From an uncultured Ignavibacteriales bacterium (GTDB lineage: Bacteria; Zixibacteria; MSB-5A5; GN15; FEB-12), in contig CAZFOY010000010.1 in the NCBI GenBank assembly GCA_964520865.1, forward strand, positions 4,303 to 68,302: a stretch of DNA of 64,000 nt, read 5' to 3'. Below the pieces are notes generated by a model. It saw nothing but the letters and a program-made list of their open reading frames with translations. It was not told the origin of the DNA and did no database searches. Within the stretch, counting starts at the first letter, position 1; each line of letters begins with the position of its first letter. Made by a program: the position numbers and the translations under genes. Positions 1 to 9,113 of this stretch are shown here, one piece after another.

Positions 1-3
1 TAA

Positions 4-145
4 GTCTGATCAACCGCATCAGATCTCGAACCCGGGCGATTCGGTAGCCGCGTTTTTGTGGGTTACCACGCCGCCATTGCTCTGAGACCGACCGTCTCGG
101 AGCCGTAACCGTGAATTCTAACCTCTTAGAAGGAGGAAGTTAGAA
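4..145 (+). promoter_or_regulatory. Structured 5' leader of speD with a Shine-Dalgarno-sequestering hairpin (candidate cis-regulatory RNA; may extend upstream of the window)
   Basis: Stems seen: tctgat 5-10/atcaga 18-23; ggttac 61-66/gtaacc 105-110 enclosing gctctgagac 79-88/gtctcggagc 94-103; ttctaac 116-122/gttagaa 139-145 enclosing the SD aggagg 131-136. Confidence 0.45.
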
Positions 146-149
146 GAAA

Positions 150-566
150 ATGAAGATACTCGGACGACATCTCGTAGTCGAACTCACCGGCTGTAATAAT
201 ACAATTCTGGACGACATATCACGGCTGGAGGAGTATATGAACGAATCTGTGCGTCGTTCCGGCGCTACTATTGTCGAATCCGTTTTTCATCGTTACAACC
301 CCCAGGGCGTTTCCGGTGTGGTGGTTATTGCCGAGTCTCACATCTCGATCCACACCTGGCCGGAATACGGCTACGCCGCGGTCGACTTCTTCACCTGCGG
401 TGAGTCTGTCGACCCGTACAAGGCGTACGAGTACATGAAAGAAAAACTGGAATCGACCGACGGTCATATTTCCGAGATTAAACGTGGTATTCCTTCGTTG
501 CACGACGAGATAATCAGCCACAAACCGTTTCAACCGTCTTATGCTTCGGCCAAGGCCGCGAGCTAA
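150..566 (+). CDS. speD: S-adenosylmethionine decarboxylase proenzyme (class 1B)
   Basis: Motifs GRHL, FNPQG-like YNPQGVSGVVVIAESHISIHTWPEYGYAAVDFFTCG with the self-cleavage Ser; SD aggagg upstream. Confidence 0.96.
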   Translation: MKILGRHLVVELTGCNNTILDDISRLEEYMNESVRRSGATIVESVFHRYNPQGVSGVVVIAESHISIHTWPEYGYAAVDFFTCGESVDPYKAYEYMKEKLESTDGHISEIKRGIPSLHDEIISHKPFQPSYASAKAAS

Positions 567-578
567 AAAGGTAGGCAA

Positions 579-1745
579 ATGACCCAATCCGTTGACTTCT
601 CCATTCTGGAGAACAACGCCCTGAAGCGGGGCGTCAGCATTGACAGTGTCAGAGAGGTGTTCCACCACAAACAGCTCGACACCCCTGTCTTGCTGCTGTC
701 CCGGAGCGAGATTCGGCGCAACTATGATGCGATGAAGCAGGCACTTCCCCGAGTGAACATTCATTACGCGGTCAAGCCGAACAACCATGAGGCGTATATC
801 CGCGAAGTGTTCAATCGCGGCGGCAATTTCGATGTCTGTTCCGCCGGAGAGATCGAGCAGGTTCTCAAAACCGGAATCGATCCGGCCACGCTGATGCACT
901 CGCACCCGATCAAATCGACGCGGGAATTCGACTATGCGGTAGGCCAGGGGGTTGAGTTGTTCGTGGTCGACAATCCGGAAGAGATCAAGAAGCTCAGCCG
1001 ATACGACAAGAAGCTCAAGATCATGATTCGATTTCGGATCAATACCAATACCACCGCTGTGGTCAATCTGCAGTATAAATTCGGCTGCACGGTCGACGCG
1101 GTCCTTCCGCTTGCCCAAAAGATCCGTGAGGCCGGGCATGACTTCTACGGCCTCTGCTTCCATATCGGCTCGCAGTGCATCTACGCCGAGAATTACATCA
1201 AGGCGATCAAGGCGGCGCACAAGCTGATTAACGCCCTGGATCTGGCCGGATTCGACGTACGTATGCTTGACATCGGCGGGGGGTTCCCGGTCGAGTATAT
1301 CGAGCCGGTACCACCGATCGACGAATTCTGCAAGCCTATTGCCAGAGCGCTGGACCGGCACATCCGCCCCGGAATCAAAATCATCAGTGAGCCCGGTCGG
1401 TTTATCGCCGCCTCGCCGGTCAACCTCTTTGTCTCGGTCGTAGGCAAATCCTATCGCGACGGCAAGATGTGGTATTACCTTGACGACGGTCTTTATTCGA
1501 CCTTCTCAGGCATTGTCTTTGACCACTGCCAGTACCCGGTAGTAACAACCCGAAACGGCGAGAAGAAGCTGTCGGTACTGGCCGGACCGACGTGTGATTC
1601 GTTCGACGTCATGTACGACGGGCTGATGCTCCCCGAACACGAAGTCGGCGACAAACTGCTGTTCACCGCAACCGGCGCCTACTGCTCGGTCTCCGGATCG
1701 AGTTTCAACGCGCTGCGGCGGCCGGAATACGTCATAATAGATTAG
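579..1745 (+). CDS. Fold-type III PLP-dependent ornithine (lysine/arginine) decarboxylase
   Basis: YAVKPN (PLP Lys), FDVCSAGE, HIGSQ, LDIGGGFP, EPGRF, GPTCDSFD; sits between speD and speE. Confidence 0.9.
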   Translation: MTQSVDFSILENNALKRGVSIDSVREVFHHKQLDTPVLLLSRSEIRRNYDAMKQALPRVNIHYAVKPNNHEAYIREVFNRGGNFDVCSAGEIEQVLKTGIDPATLMHSHPIKSTREFDYAVGQGVELFVVDNPEEIKKLSRYDKKLKIMIRFRINTNTTAVVNLQYKFGCTVDAVLPLAQKIREAGHDFYGLCFHIGSQCIYAENYIKAIKAAHKLINALDLAGFDVRMLDIGGGFPVEYIEPVPPIDEFCKPIARALDRHIRPGIKIISEPGRFIAASPVNLFVSVVGKSYRDGKMWYYLDDGLYSTFSGIVFDHCQYPVVTTRNGEKKLSVLAGPTCDSFDVMYDGLMLPEHEVGDKLLFTATGAYCSVSGSSFNALRRPEYVIID

Positions 1746-1753
1746 AGACAGGA

Positions 1754-2656
1754 GTGATGGAGAAGAAGCCCGGAGTAGAATCGACTTACATAACCGAAGA
1801 AGGGATGGCCGATCTCTGGAATGTCTGGTACAGTGAACTTCACGACGGACTTTCCGGCCTGACTATCAAGGTCGATCGGATCCTTGAGTCGGTCCAGTCG
1901 GAGTTCCAGCGCATCGATGTGCTGGAAAGCAAGGACTTCGGAAAACTCCTCGTGCTCTACGGATCGCTGATGGTCTGCGACCGGGACAACAACTCTTACA
2001 ATGAAATGATCACGCATGTTCCGCTGTTCGTCCACCCATCGCCGAAGAAAGTCCTGATTATCGGCGGCGGGGACTGCGGTGCCCTTACCGAAGTTCTGAA
2101 GCATCCTGAGGTCGAACAGTGTACTATGTGCGAAATAGACAAGATGGTGGTGGAAGTGTCGCAGCGGCACTTCCCCTACCTCACCGAGGGCCTGAAGGAC
2201 CCAAGGGCCGAATTGATTTTCAGCGATGGGAAGAAGTTCATCGAAGAAGGATCGCATAAATACGACGTCGTGATTCTGGATCTCTCCGATCCGATCGGAC
2301 CGGCCGCGGACCTCTTTCAGAAGAGCTTCCATCAGACGGTGCATGACAGTCTGAACGACGACGGTATTCTGGTCGCCCAGACGGAATCACCGTTCTACAA
2401 CCAGAAGACGGTCGCAAAGATTCACCAGAACCTTCGCTCGATCTTCCCCATAGCCCGCATGTACACCTGTTTCATGCCGATCTACCCCTCGTCACTCTGG
2501 TCGTTTGCATTTTGCAGCAAGAAGTATGACCCGATTAAGGATTTTGATGAGTCGCGTTACGCAACCCAGAAGCCTGCCACCCGTTATTATAACGCTGAAA
2601 TTCATCGGGGATCATTCGCTCTTCCGCAATTCGCAAGAGAACTTCTGACCGAATAA
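1754..2656 (+). CDS. speE: Spermidine synthase / polyamine aminopropyltransferase (start may be ATG 1757 or 1805)
   Basis: QSEFQRI, VLIIGGGD, CEID, DG, VILDLSDPIGPA, PIYPS motifs; operon context. Confidence 0.92.
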   Translation: MMEKKPGVESTYITEEGMADLWNVWYSELHDGLSGLTIKVDRILESVQSEFQRIDVLESKDFGKLLVLYGSLMVCDRDNNSYNEMITHVPLFVHPSPKKVLIIGGGDCGALTEVLKHPEVEQCTMCEIDKMVVEVSQRHFPYLTEGLKDPRAELIFSDGKKFIEEGSHKYDVVILDLSDPIGPAADLFQKSFHQTVHDSLNDDGILVAQTESPFYNQKTVAKIHQNLRSIFPIARMYTCFMPIYPSSLWSFAFCSKKYDPIKDFDESRYATQKPATRYYNAEIHRGSFALPQFARELLTE

Positions 2657-2689
2657 CGGAACCGGATATCGTACTCGTCGTTATAGACA

Positions 2690-3391
2690 GTGATGAAACC
2701 GGTCCTCCTCATTCAAAATACTCCCTTCGAATCCCCCGGCAGTATTCCTTCATATCTCAACGACAGACATATTCGCTACACGCTCGGCAAGAGCTTCGAA
2801 GACGGAGCATCACTTCCGGCGGTCGAGTCGGTCGGTGCTGTGATTAATCTCGGTTGTCCGAACTCGGTGACGAGATATGCCGAGTACGACTTTCTAAAGC
2901 GGCTTTATTCGTTTGTGGCACAGGCTGTGAGAGTCAACACTCCTTATCTCGGCATTTGCTTCGGAGGACAGCTCCTCGCGAAGATTCTCGGAGCCCGGGT
3001 AGAAGCCAACCCGGTGAAGGAGATCGGTACCTATCAGGTTGAATTGACCGATGACGGCAAGTCCGATCCGTTGTTTGCCGGCTTCCCCGAGAAATTCCCC
3101 GTTTTTCATTGGCACGGAGATACTTTTCGCATTCCTTTCGACGCCACTCATCTGGTCTCGGGTGCGGACTGCCAAAATCAGGCCTTTAGACAAGGGAATT
3201 TTGTCGGACTGCAATTCCATCTCGAAGCGCTCGCGGACGAAGTGCCCAGTTGGTGTGACGCCTACTCGGACGAGCTCAGCGAATTCGGCAGAACGAAGGA
3301 CAAGATTGTGGCCGAATATAAGACCAAAGAGAAAGAAGCAGTGAATCTGGGTTACCAGCTTCTCGATAACTTCTTTGCTCTCACCTCCTAA
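2690..3391 (+). CDS. Class I glutamine amidotransferase-like protein
   Basis: Cys-His-Glu triad motifs YLGICFGGQL and GLQFHLE; FHWHGDTF; 33 bp after speE with no evident terminator. Confidence 0.85.
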   Translation: MMKPVLLIQNTPFESPGSIPSYLNDRHIRYTLGKSFEDGASLPAVESVGAVINLGCPNSVTRYAEYDFLKRLYSFVAQAVRVNTPYLGICFGGQLLAKILGARVEANPVKEIGTYQVELTDDGKSDPLFAGFPEKFPVFHWHGDTFRIPFDATHLVSGADCQNQAFRQGNFVGLQFHLEALADEVPSWCDAYSDELSEFGRTKDKIVAEYKTKEKEAVNLGYQLLDNFFALTS

Positions 3392-3432
3392 TACACCTGA
3401 TCGATTACCGAAGGCACCCTTTCGATTCTACC

Positions 3433-3697
3433 TTCTTTGTAGCCCACGTCAGGGTTACCACCCAGCTGGCATTCGAATCGGCTAACGCCGATTCTCACTG
3501 AGCTGGGCTACCGAAGCCGAATTGCTCGCGATACATGCAAACTCGTTTCTTTCTTCGTAGCCCACGTCAGTGAGGAGGGCGACAGCCCGAACGATTGCCA
3601 CGTGGGGATAGAAAAGTTCGGCATGAGCCGAACCAACTGGGTTACCACCCAGCTGGCATTGCTGACGTTGAATGGCACGCTCGAATACGAGGGTGCC
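3433..3697. repeat. Cluster of GTAG-initiated REP/REPIN-like inverted and direct repeats
   Basis: ttct(t/c)..gtagcccacgtcag at 3433-3452 and 3551-3570 (19/20 identical); inverted copy at 3494-3511; identical 22-mer gggttaccacccagctggcatt at 3452-3473 and 3639-3660; internal hairpins 3475-3494 and 3616-3633. Confidence 0.7.
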
Positions 3698-3759
3698 CTA
3701 CTTCTCGGTCTCCTGATTCGAGCGATCCGGTCCGCCGTCCGACAAGATTTCTGCAATAA

Positions 3760-3787
3760 GAAAGCCCGGCATCCGTGCCGGGCTTTC
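3760..3787 (-). terminator. Intrinsic terminator of the outer-membrane protein gene (possibly bidirectional)
   Basis: Perfect 11-bp stem gaaagcccggc/gccgggctttc, 6-nt loop, followed on the minus strand by a T-rich run. Confidence 0.8.
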
Positions 3788-3814
3788 GATGTATTGCTTA
3801 CTCGAAGTTGACGA

Positions 3815-5029
3815 TTACATCATCTCGTACAGAGCGGAAATCTGCAGGTTCATCTGACCGCTGTCTCTACCCGAAATGAAGTTGAAACCGTTCAGGAAGA
3901 GTCCCGGATCGGTGTAGGTGTCGACGTGCAGACGGTTCCAGTGGAAGCCGAAACCAAGATAGGTATCGTTGTACGGATAGTTGTACTTCCGTTCCAGCGA
4001 CGGAGCCGGTACCCACTTCTCGCGATCCCAGTACGAAGTCGCGCCCATGCGGATATCCATCCACTTGAAGACGTCGGCGTCAAGACCGATCTTGAAATAC
4101 GGAATGGTCGTGTAGGTGTCGCTCGCCTCGGAGGCAGTGCCGCCGGCCGGCGTCATTTCACCTTTCCACTTGTAGTACTGAATTCCGAAGTCCATCACGG
4201 CCAGGACGTTGGTAGCCGGAGTATAGTTCCAGCCGCAACCCAATTCGAAACCGGTCGTGGTGTACTTATCGGTCTCCTGAAGAGTTCCGGTATTGTCGTT
4301 GTACTTCGCACCGCGCTTCGAGTAACCGAAGGCCGCGTGCGGGATCAATGTGTAGTTCGGGCCCTGCTGGGCAAAATAACGGCCCATCACGCTCAGGTCC
4401 ATAAATCCGTCCGGCTCACTCAGCTTGACGCCGGTTCTGTTTTCCTGGGTCCAGCTGCCGATACCTATGTTACCCGCGATATCCCACTTGCCGGTGGTCG
4501 GGGTCAGACCGAGACTCAGGGTGTACATACCGAAACCTTCCTTGTAAGGATAGGTAACGGTGGAATCGCCGGTGAGGTCGGAACTGCTGTGCACGATATT
4601 CAGATGGGCGCCGAAATTGTAATCGGACATCTGTCTCCCGAAGAAGAGATCGATGCGGTTGTTGTTCGACAATCCGTTGTTGAAATCAACCAGATTGTCA
4701 CCCATCAGATCGGTCGGGTAAATTGTCGGGGAATTCGAGAAATAGGTCCCCAGAACCATCGGCTGGTCCGAACCGAGTTTCCAGTGAGCGCCGAATCTGT
4801 AGAAATCATACGGCGAGAGGGCCTTGTCCGGCATAACGTAGCCACTACCGAATTCGGCCACGGCGATGTTGGGATATTCGTAGGTGCGGGACGGATACAG
4901 CCAGATATTGGCGTCGTCCAGCAGGATATTGTTGTTATCCCCCATCGTGTAGACGCGCGTGTCGGTTGCCATAAGGGCCGCGGCCATCACGAGCAACAGA
5001 ATGAAAGTGAGCGTTAACGTTTTCTTCAT
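3815..5029 (-). CDS. Uncharacterised outer-membrane beta-barrel protein (porin-like)
   Basis: Sec signal peptide MKKTLTLTFILLLVMAAALMA; alternating aromatic/Gly strands throughout; SD aggag; own terminator. Confidence 0.75.
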   Translation of the reverse strand: MKKTLTLTFILLLVMAAALMATDTRVYTMGDNNNILLDDANIWLYPSRTYEYPNIAVAEFGSGYVMPDKALSPYDFYRFGAHWKLGSDQPMVLGTYFSNSPTIYPTDLMGDNLVDFNNGLSNNNRIDLFFGRQMSDYNFGAHLNIVHSSSDLTGDSTVTYPYKEGFGMYTLSLGLTPTTGKWDIAGNIGIGSWTQENRTGVKLSEPDGFMDLSVMGRYFAQQGPNYTLIPHAAFGYSKRGAKYNDNTGTLQETDKYTTTGFELGCGWNYTPATNVLAVMDFGIQYYKWKGEMTPAGGTASEASDTYTTIPYFKIGLDADVFKWMDIRMGATSYWDREKWVPAPSLERKYNYPYNDTYLGFGFHWNRLHVDTYTDPGLFLNGFNFISGRDSGQMNLQISALYEMM

Positions 5030-5358
5030 GATGATCTCCTAAAAAGTTTTAGTCCAAGTTAAAGTCGATTCCTTTTCTCAAATTCCTGTTTTGAAATTCT
5101 AAGAAAAGACTGTCATTTCATAGGCAATCCTCCCAAAGCTACACAGGACACTGTGAAACTTGCAATATCTTCCTTGAGTTGATTTCTAATCGATTGCGCT
5201 GTCGGTCTGTTACCTCATACTTAAGGTTTCAGTAAACCGGCAAATGTTAATGTATAGGGGAATTAAAAACAACAAAAAAATGGTGAAAAGTTGGTGAGCA
5301 ATTTCATCGATTCCTCAAGGGAAAAATACCGGAAAAAATCGACCGACATTCGCCAATC

Positions 5359-6153
5359 TCAGCGCTTGATATCCTGCCAGATCGCTTCGAGTTCTTCGAG
5401 AGAATAATCTCCGAATTTCCTGCCGGAGCGCCGAACAGCTTCTTCTACCTGCCCGAAACGATCGGAGAATTTCTGCAAAGCGCGCTTGAGGGCAAGTTCC
5501 GGGTTGATGTCCAGCTTGCGCGCCAGCGATGCAATCGCGAACAGCAAGTCGCCAATCTCTTCGGCGAGCCTTTCTTTCTCATCGGAAATAATTTCCGCCT
5601 TAAGTTCGACCAGCTCTTCATCGATCTTCTCCAGCACATCGGCCGCCTTCTTCCAGTCAAAACCTACCCCCCCGGCCTTCTCTCCAACACGAAACGCCAT
5701 AGTCAGCGCCGGCATCGAGCGAGGGATGCCGGAGAGGACCGATTCTTTTTCTCCCGACTCGATCTTGATTTTCTCCCATTGATCCCGCACCTGTTGCGGA
5801 CTGAGGTCTTTCCGCTCGCCAAAGACGTGCGGATGGCGCCGGATAAGTTTCTCGTTGATTGAAGTAACCGCGTCGTTGACATCGAAGGCCTTGCGCTCGC
5901 TTGCCAACTGCGAGTGGAAAACAATTTGACAAATCAGATCGCCCAGCTCTTCCCGCAGGCTGGCGTCGTCTTTCGTTTCGATCGCCTCGGCTACCTCATA
6001 TGATTCTTCGATCAGATACGGAAGCAGGCTTTCGTGCGTCTGCTTGCGGTCCCAGGCACAGCCTTCGTCAGAGCGAAGGACGGCCAGAATTGTCACCAAT
6101 CGCTGAAACGGAGTAAGCCCTTTTTCGAATACACGCTCTTTTGATTCTGACAT
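5359..6153 (-). CDS. mazG: Nucleoside triphosphate pyrophosphohydrolase MazG (two-domain)
   Basis: LRSDEGCAWDRKQTHESL, EESYEVAEAI, EELGDL, KLIRRHPHVF, GFDW, EEIGDLLF. Confidence 0.93.
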   Translation of the reverse strand: MSESKERVFEKGLTPFQRLVTILAVLRSDEGCAWDRKQTHESLLPYLIEESYEVAEAIETKDDASLREELGDLICQIVFHSQLASERKAFDVNDAVTSINEKLIRRHPHVFGERKDLSPQQVRDQWEKIKIESGEKESVLSGIPRSMPALTMAFRVGEKAGGVGFDWKKAADVLEKIDEELVELKAEIISDEKERLAEEIGDLLFAIASLARKLDINPELALKRALQKFSDRFGQVEEAVRRSGRKFGDYSLEELEAIWQDIKR

Positions 6154-6213
6154 AACTGACGATAATGCTAATTGTTAACTGCCGGCAGGCCGAATCGGGC
6201 TTGCCTTGATGCC

Positions 6214-6242
6214 TTGACAAATACGCCGGGCAATCCTAAATT
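6214..6242 (+). promoter_or_regulatory. sigma-70-type promoter of valS
   Basis: TTGACA 6214-6219, 17-nt spacer, TAAATT 6237-6242; argues against the ORF-track TTG start at 6245. Confidence 0.65.
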
Positions 6243-6307
6243 GCTTGATTTACCGGAAACCGCACCGGGCGGAAAACCTCCCGGCCAATATAAAGAACTG
6301 CTGGACA

Positions 6308-8983
6308 ATGAGCAAGACGAACGACAATAAAGAAAAGAAATCGACAGCCTACTCACCGGCCGAGATTGAAGATACAACCTACGCGCGCTGGATCGAGCGC
6401 GGCTATTTCCACGCCGATCCGAAATCGACCAAACCGCCGTACTCCATCGTGATTCCTCCGCCGAACGTGACCGATGTGCTTCACCTTGGTCATGCCCTGA
6501 ACAATACGATTCAGGATATTCTGATTCGCAAACACCGCCTCCAGGGATTTGAAACATGCTGGATCCCCGGAGCGGACCATGCCGGCATCGCAACCCAGGT
6601 TATCGTGGAAAAACAGCTGGTCAAAGAAGGATCGACCCGACGGGGAATCGGCCGGGATAAATTTGTCGAAAGGACCGCCGCCTGGGCAACCCGTAATAAA
6701 GGGATTATTCTGGGCCAGCTCCGCAAGATGGGATGTTCCTGCGACTGGGACCGCACTCGCTTCACGCTCGATGAAGAGCTTTCGCGGGCGGTGGGCGAAG
6801 TGTTCATCCACCTGCACAAGAAAGGGTGGATATACAAAGGGCATCGCATCGTCAACTGGTGTCCGTCCTGCCAGACTTCGCTTTCTGATGACGAGGTCGA
6901 ACACCAGGATATCGAGGGCAGCCTCTGGTATATCCAGTACAAGATCAAGGGATCGGATGAGTTTCTGACGGTGGCCACGACACGTCCCGAGACTATGCTC
7001 GGCGATACGGCGCTCGCGGTCTCCCCCAAGGACAGCCGCTACAAAAAGTACGTCGGCAAGACGGTAATCCTCCCGATTCTCGAACGGGAGATCCCAATTG
7101 TCGCCGATAACTACGTCGATCCGGAATTCGGCACCGGCGTGGTCAAGGTCACCCCTGCTCACGATCCGAACGACTTCGAAATCGGACGCAGGCATGACCT
7201 TGAAGAGATCAACATTCTTAATACTGATGGATCACTCAATGAGAATACCGGTAAGTTCAAAGGATTTGACCGCTACGAAGGTCGCAAGAAACTTCTCGAA
7301 GAACTCAAGAAGAAAGGGTTCCTGGTCAAAACGGAGAAGTATGACCTGTCGGCTGGAACGTGCTATCGTTGTCACAACGTGATTGAACCGTATCTCTCGG
7401 AACAGTGGTTCGTGAAAATGGAAGAGCTGGCCCGGCCGGCGCTCGACGCCGTTAACTCGGGAAAGGTCCGGTTTCATCCGGACTACTGGTCCAAAACCTA
7501 TCTCCACTGGATGGAGAATATCCGCGATTGGTGCATCTCCAGACAGCTCTGGTGGGGACATCGTATCCCTGTCTGGTACGCCGACGATGGGAAGATGTTT
7601 GTCTCGATAGACCGGCCGAAAGCCGAAGACTGCCCCGGCTACGACCCGGATTCGTTGGTGCAGGATGACGACGTTCTCGATACCTGGTTCTCGTCGTGGC
7701 TCTGGCCTTTCTCGACGCTCGGCTGGCCGCAGGAGACGGAAGATCTGAAGACGTTTTATCCGACCAGGGTACTCAGCACGGCTTCAGAGATTATTTTTCT
7801 CTGGGTCGCCCGCATGGTGATGGCCGGATATGAATTCCGCGGTGAAGCACCCTTCAGCGATGTCTATATTCATGGAACGGTACGCGATGCCAACGGTATC
7901 AAGATGTCGAAATCGCTCGGCAACGGCATCGATCCGCTCGAAATAATTGAGAAATACGGCGCCGATGCTCTTCGCATTTCCCTTGTGCTCGCCACACCCG
8001 ACGGACAGGACCCTTGGATCAGCAAGAACACTTTCGAGATCGGGAGGAATTTCGTCAACAAGCTGCATCAGGTCTCACGATTCGTTATGATGCGGATGGG
8101 CGATTTGAAGATGAGTGTCGACGAGATCGACGACACCGATCTGGTCATTTTCGATCGATGGATTCTTTCCCGACTGGAAAGGACGATCGCGGCAGTCGAC
8201 AGAGTATTCGACGAGTACCGGCTCTCGACAGCCGCTAAGACCCTGTACAATTTCATCTGGAATGACTACTGCTCGTGGTATATTGAACTTATCAAACCGG
8301 ATCAGCCCGGAGTACCGATCCGCGAAGGATCGCTTAAGGTAGCGGCCTATGTACTCAATCAAATCCTCAAGCTGGCGCACCCGTTCATTCCGTTCGTCAC
8401 CGAGAACATCTACATTGAGTTGAACTCCAGGCTGGGAAACCACGTCGAGACGATCATGTTCTCCTCCTGGCCGAAATCCGAGGGTAAACATATTAATGAT
8501 TCTCTCGAGCAGAGTCTTGACCTGATTCAGACAGTCGTGACCGCGGTTCGGTCGGTCCGCGCGGAACTGAATGTTCCGCCGGGCAAGAAGTCCGATCTGT
8601 ACATCCGGGTGAAGGATGCCCATTACGCCGAACTGCTCCAGAATCACATCGAGTATTTCCGTTCGCTGGCCAAGGTCGAGAAATTGTTCGCCGGCACCGA
8701 CGTAAAGAAACCTCCAATGTCGGCCTCGACCGTTATCTCCGGCGCGGAGATATTCATTCCCCTGGCCGGGCTGATCGATATCGAAGTGGAAAAGAACCGG
8801 CTCGAAAAGGAGCTTACGAATCTCAAGGACCTGATGGAAAAGGTCTCCAAGAAGCTGGCCAATCCGGACTTTCTGTCGAATGCACCGGACGATGTGATCA
8901 GCCGGGAACGCTCCAAGAAGGACGATTTCCAGGAGCGGATTCAGAAGCTGAACAAGAATCTCGAGCAAATACTCGGCTGGTGA
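6308..8983 (+). CDS. valS: Valine--tRNA ligase
   Basis: PPPNVT, HLGH (HIGH), DWCISRQLWWGHRIP, LDTWFSS, KMSKS, C-terminal coiled coil; ATG 6308 chosen because of the promoter position. Confidence 0.97.
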   Translation: MSKTNDNKEKKSTAYSPAEIEDTTYARWIERGYFHADPKSTKPPYSIVIPPPNVTDVLHLGHALNNTIQDILIRKHRLQGFETCWIPGADHAGIATQVIVEKQLVKEGSTRRGIGRDKFVERTAAWATRNKGIILGQLRKMGCSCDWDRTRFTLDEELSRAVGEVFIHLHKKGWIYKGHRIVNWCPSCQTSLSDDEVEHQDIEGSLWYIQYKIKGSDEFLTVATTRPETMLGDTALAVSPKDSRYKKYVGKTVILPILEREIPIVADNYVDPEFGTGVVKVTPAHDPNDFEIGRRHDLEEINILNTDGSLNENTGKFKGFDRYEGRKKLLEELKKKGFLVKTEKYDLSAGTCYRCHNVIEPYLSEQWFVKMEELARPALDAVNSGKVRFHPDYWSKTYLHWMENIRDWCISRQLWWGHRIPVWYADDGKMFVSIDRPKAEDCPGYDPDSLVQDDDVLDTWFSSWLWPFSTLGWPQETEDLKTFYPTRVLSTASEIIFLWVARMVMAGYEFRGEAPFSDVYIHGTVRDANGIKMSKSLGNGIDPLEIIEKYGADALRISLVLATPDGQDPWISKNTFEIGRNFVNKLHQVSRFVMMRMGDLKMSVDEIDDTDLVIFDRWILSRLERTIAAVDRVFDEYRLSTAAKTLYNFIWNDYCSWYIELIKPDQPGVPIREGSLKVAAYVLNQILKLAHPFIPFVTENIYIELNSRLGNHVETIMFSSWPKSEGKHINDSLEQSLDLIQTVVTAVRSVRAELNVPPGKKSDLYIRVKDAHYAELLQNHIEYFRSLAKVEKLFAGTDVKKPPMSASTVISGAEIFIPLAGLIDIEVEKNRLEKELTNLKDLMEKVSKKLANPDFLSNAPDDVISRERSKKDDFQERIQKLNKNLEQILGW

Positions 8984-9113
8984 GTACGACCCTGGGTTGA
9001 TTTCCGGTCCGGGTCGCGTTTTACCTCCAGGCCGCCGCTCTCCAATTATAGTTGCCTTTTGACATGACTTCGCCTTATCATGGCGGCAAGCAGAACTGTA
9101 TCGGGTGGAGAAG

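Noticed and set aside
1-149. Canonical SAM-I or spermidine riboswitch upstream of speD
   Set aside because: I could not find the SAM-I core motifs; kept only as an unclassified structured leader.
3433-3660. Repeats as a CRISPR array
   Set aside because: Two different repeat units in mixed orientation, irregular spacing, only two copies of each, and no cas genes.
3508-3811. ORFs 3508-3756 (-) and 3602-3811 (+)
   Set aside because: They run through the repeat/terminator region, lack an RBS and show no recognisable protein features.
3926-5017. 363-aa plus-strand ORF opposite the outer-membrane protein
   Set aside because: Antisense shadow produced by GC-rich codon bias; no motif or RBS.
6245-6307. 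N-terminal extension of ValS or a T-box leader
   Set aside because: The TTG lies at about the predicted transcription start, and the roughly 60-nt leader is too short for a T-box. The serS leader (about 50 nt) is likewise too short.
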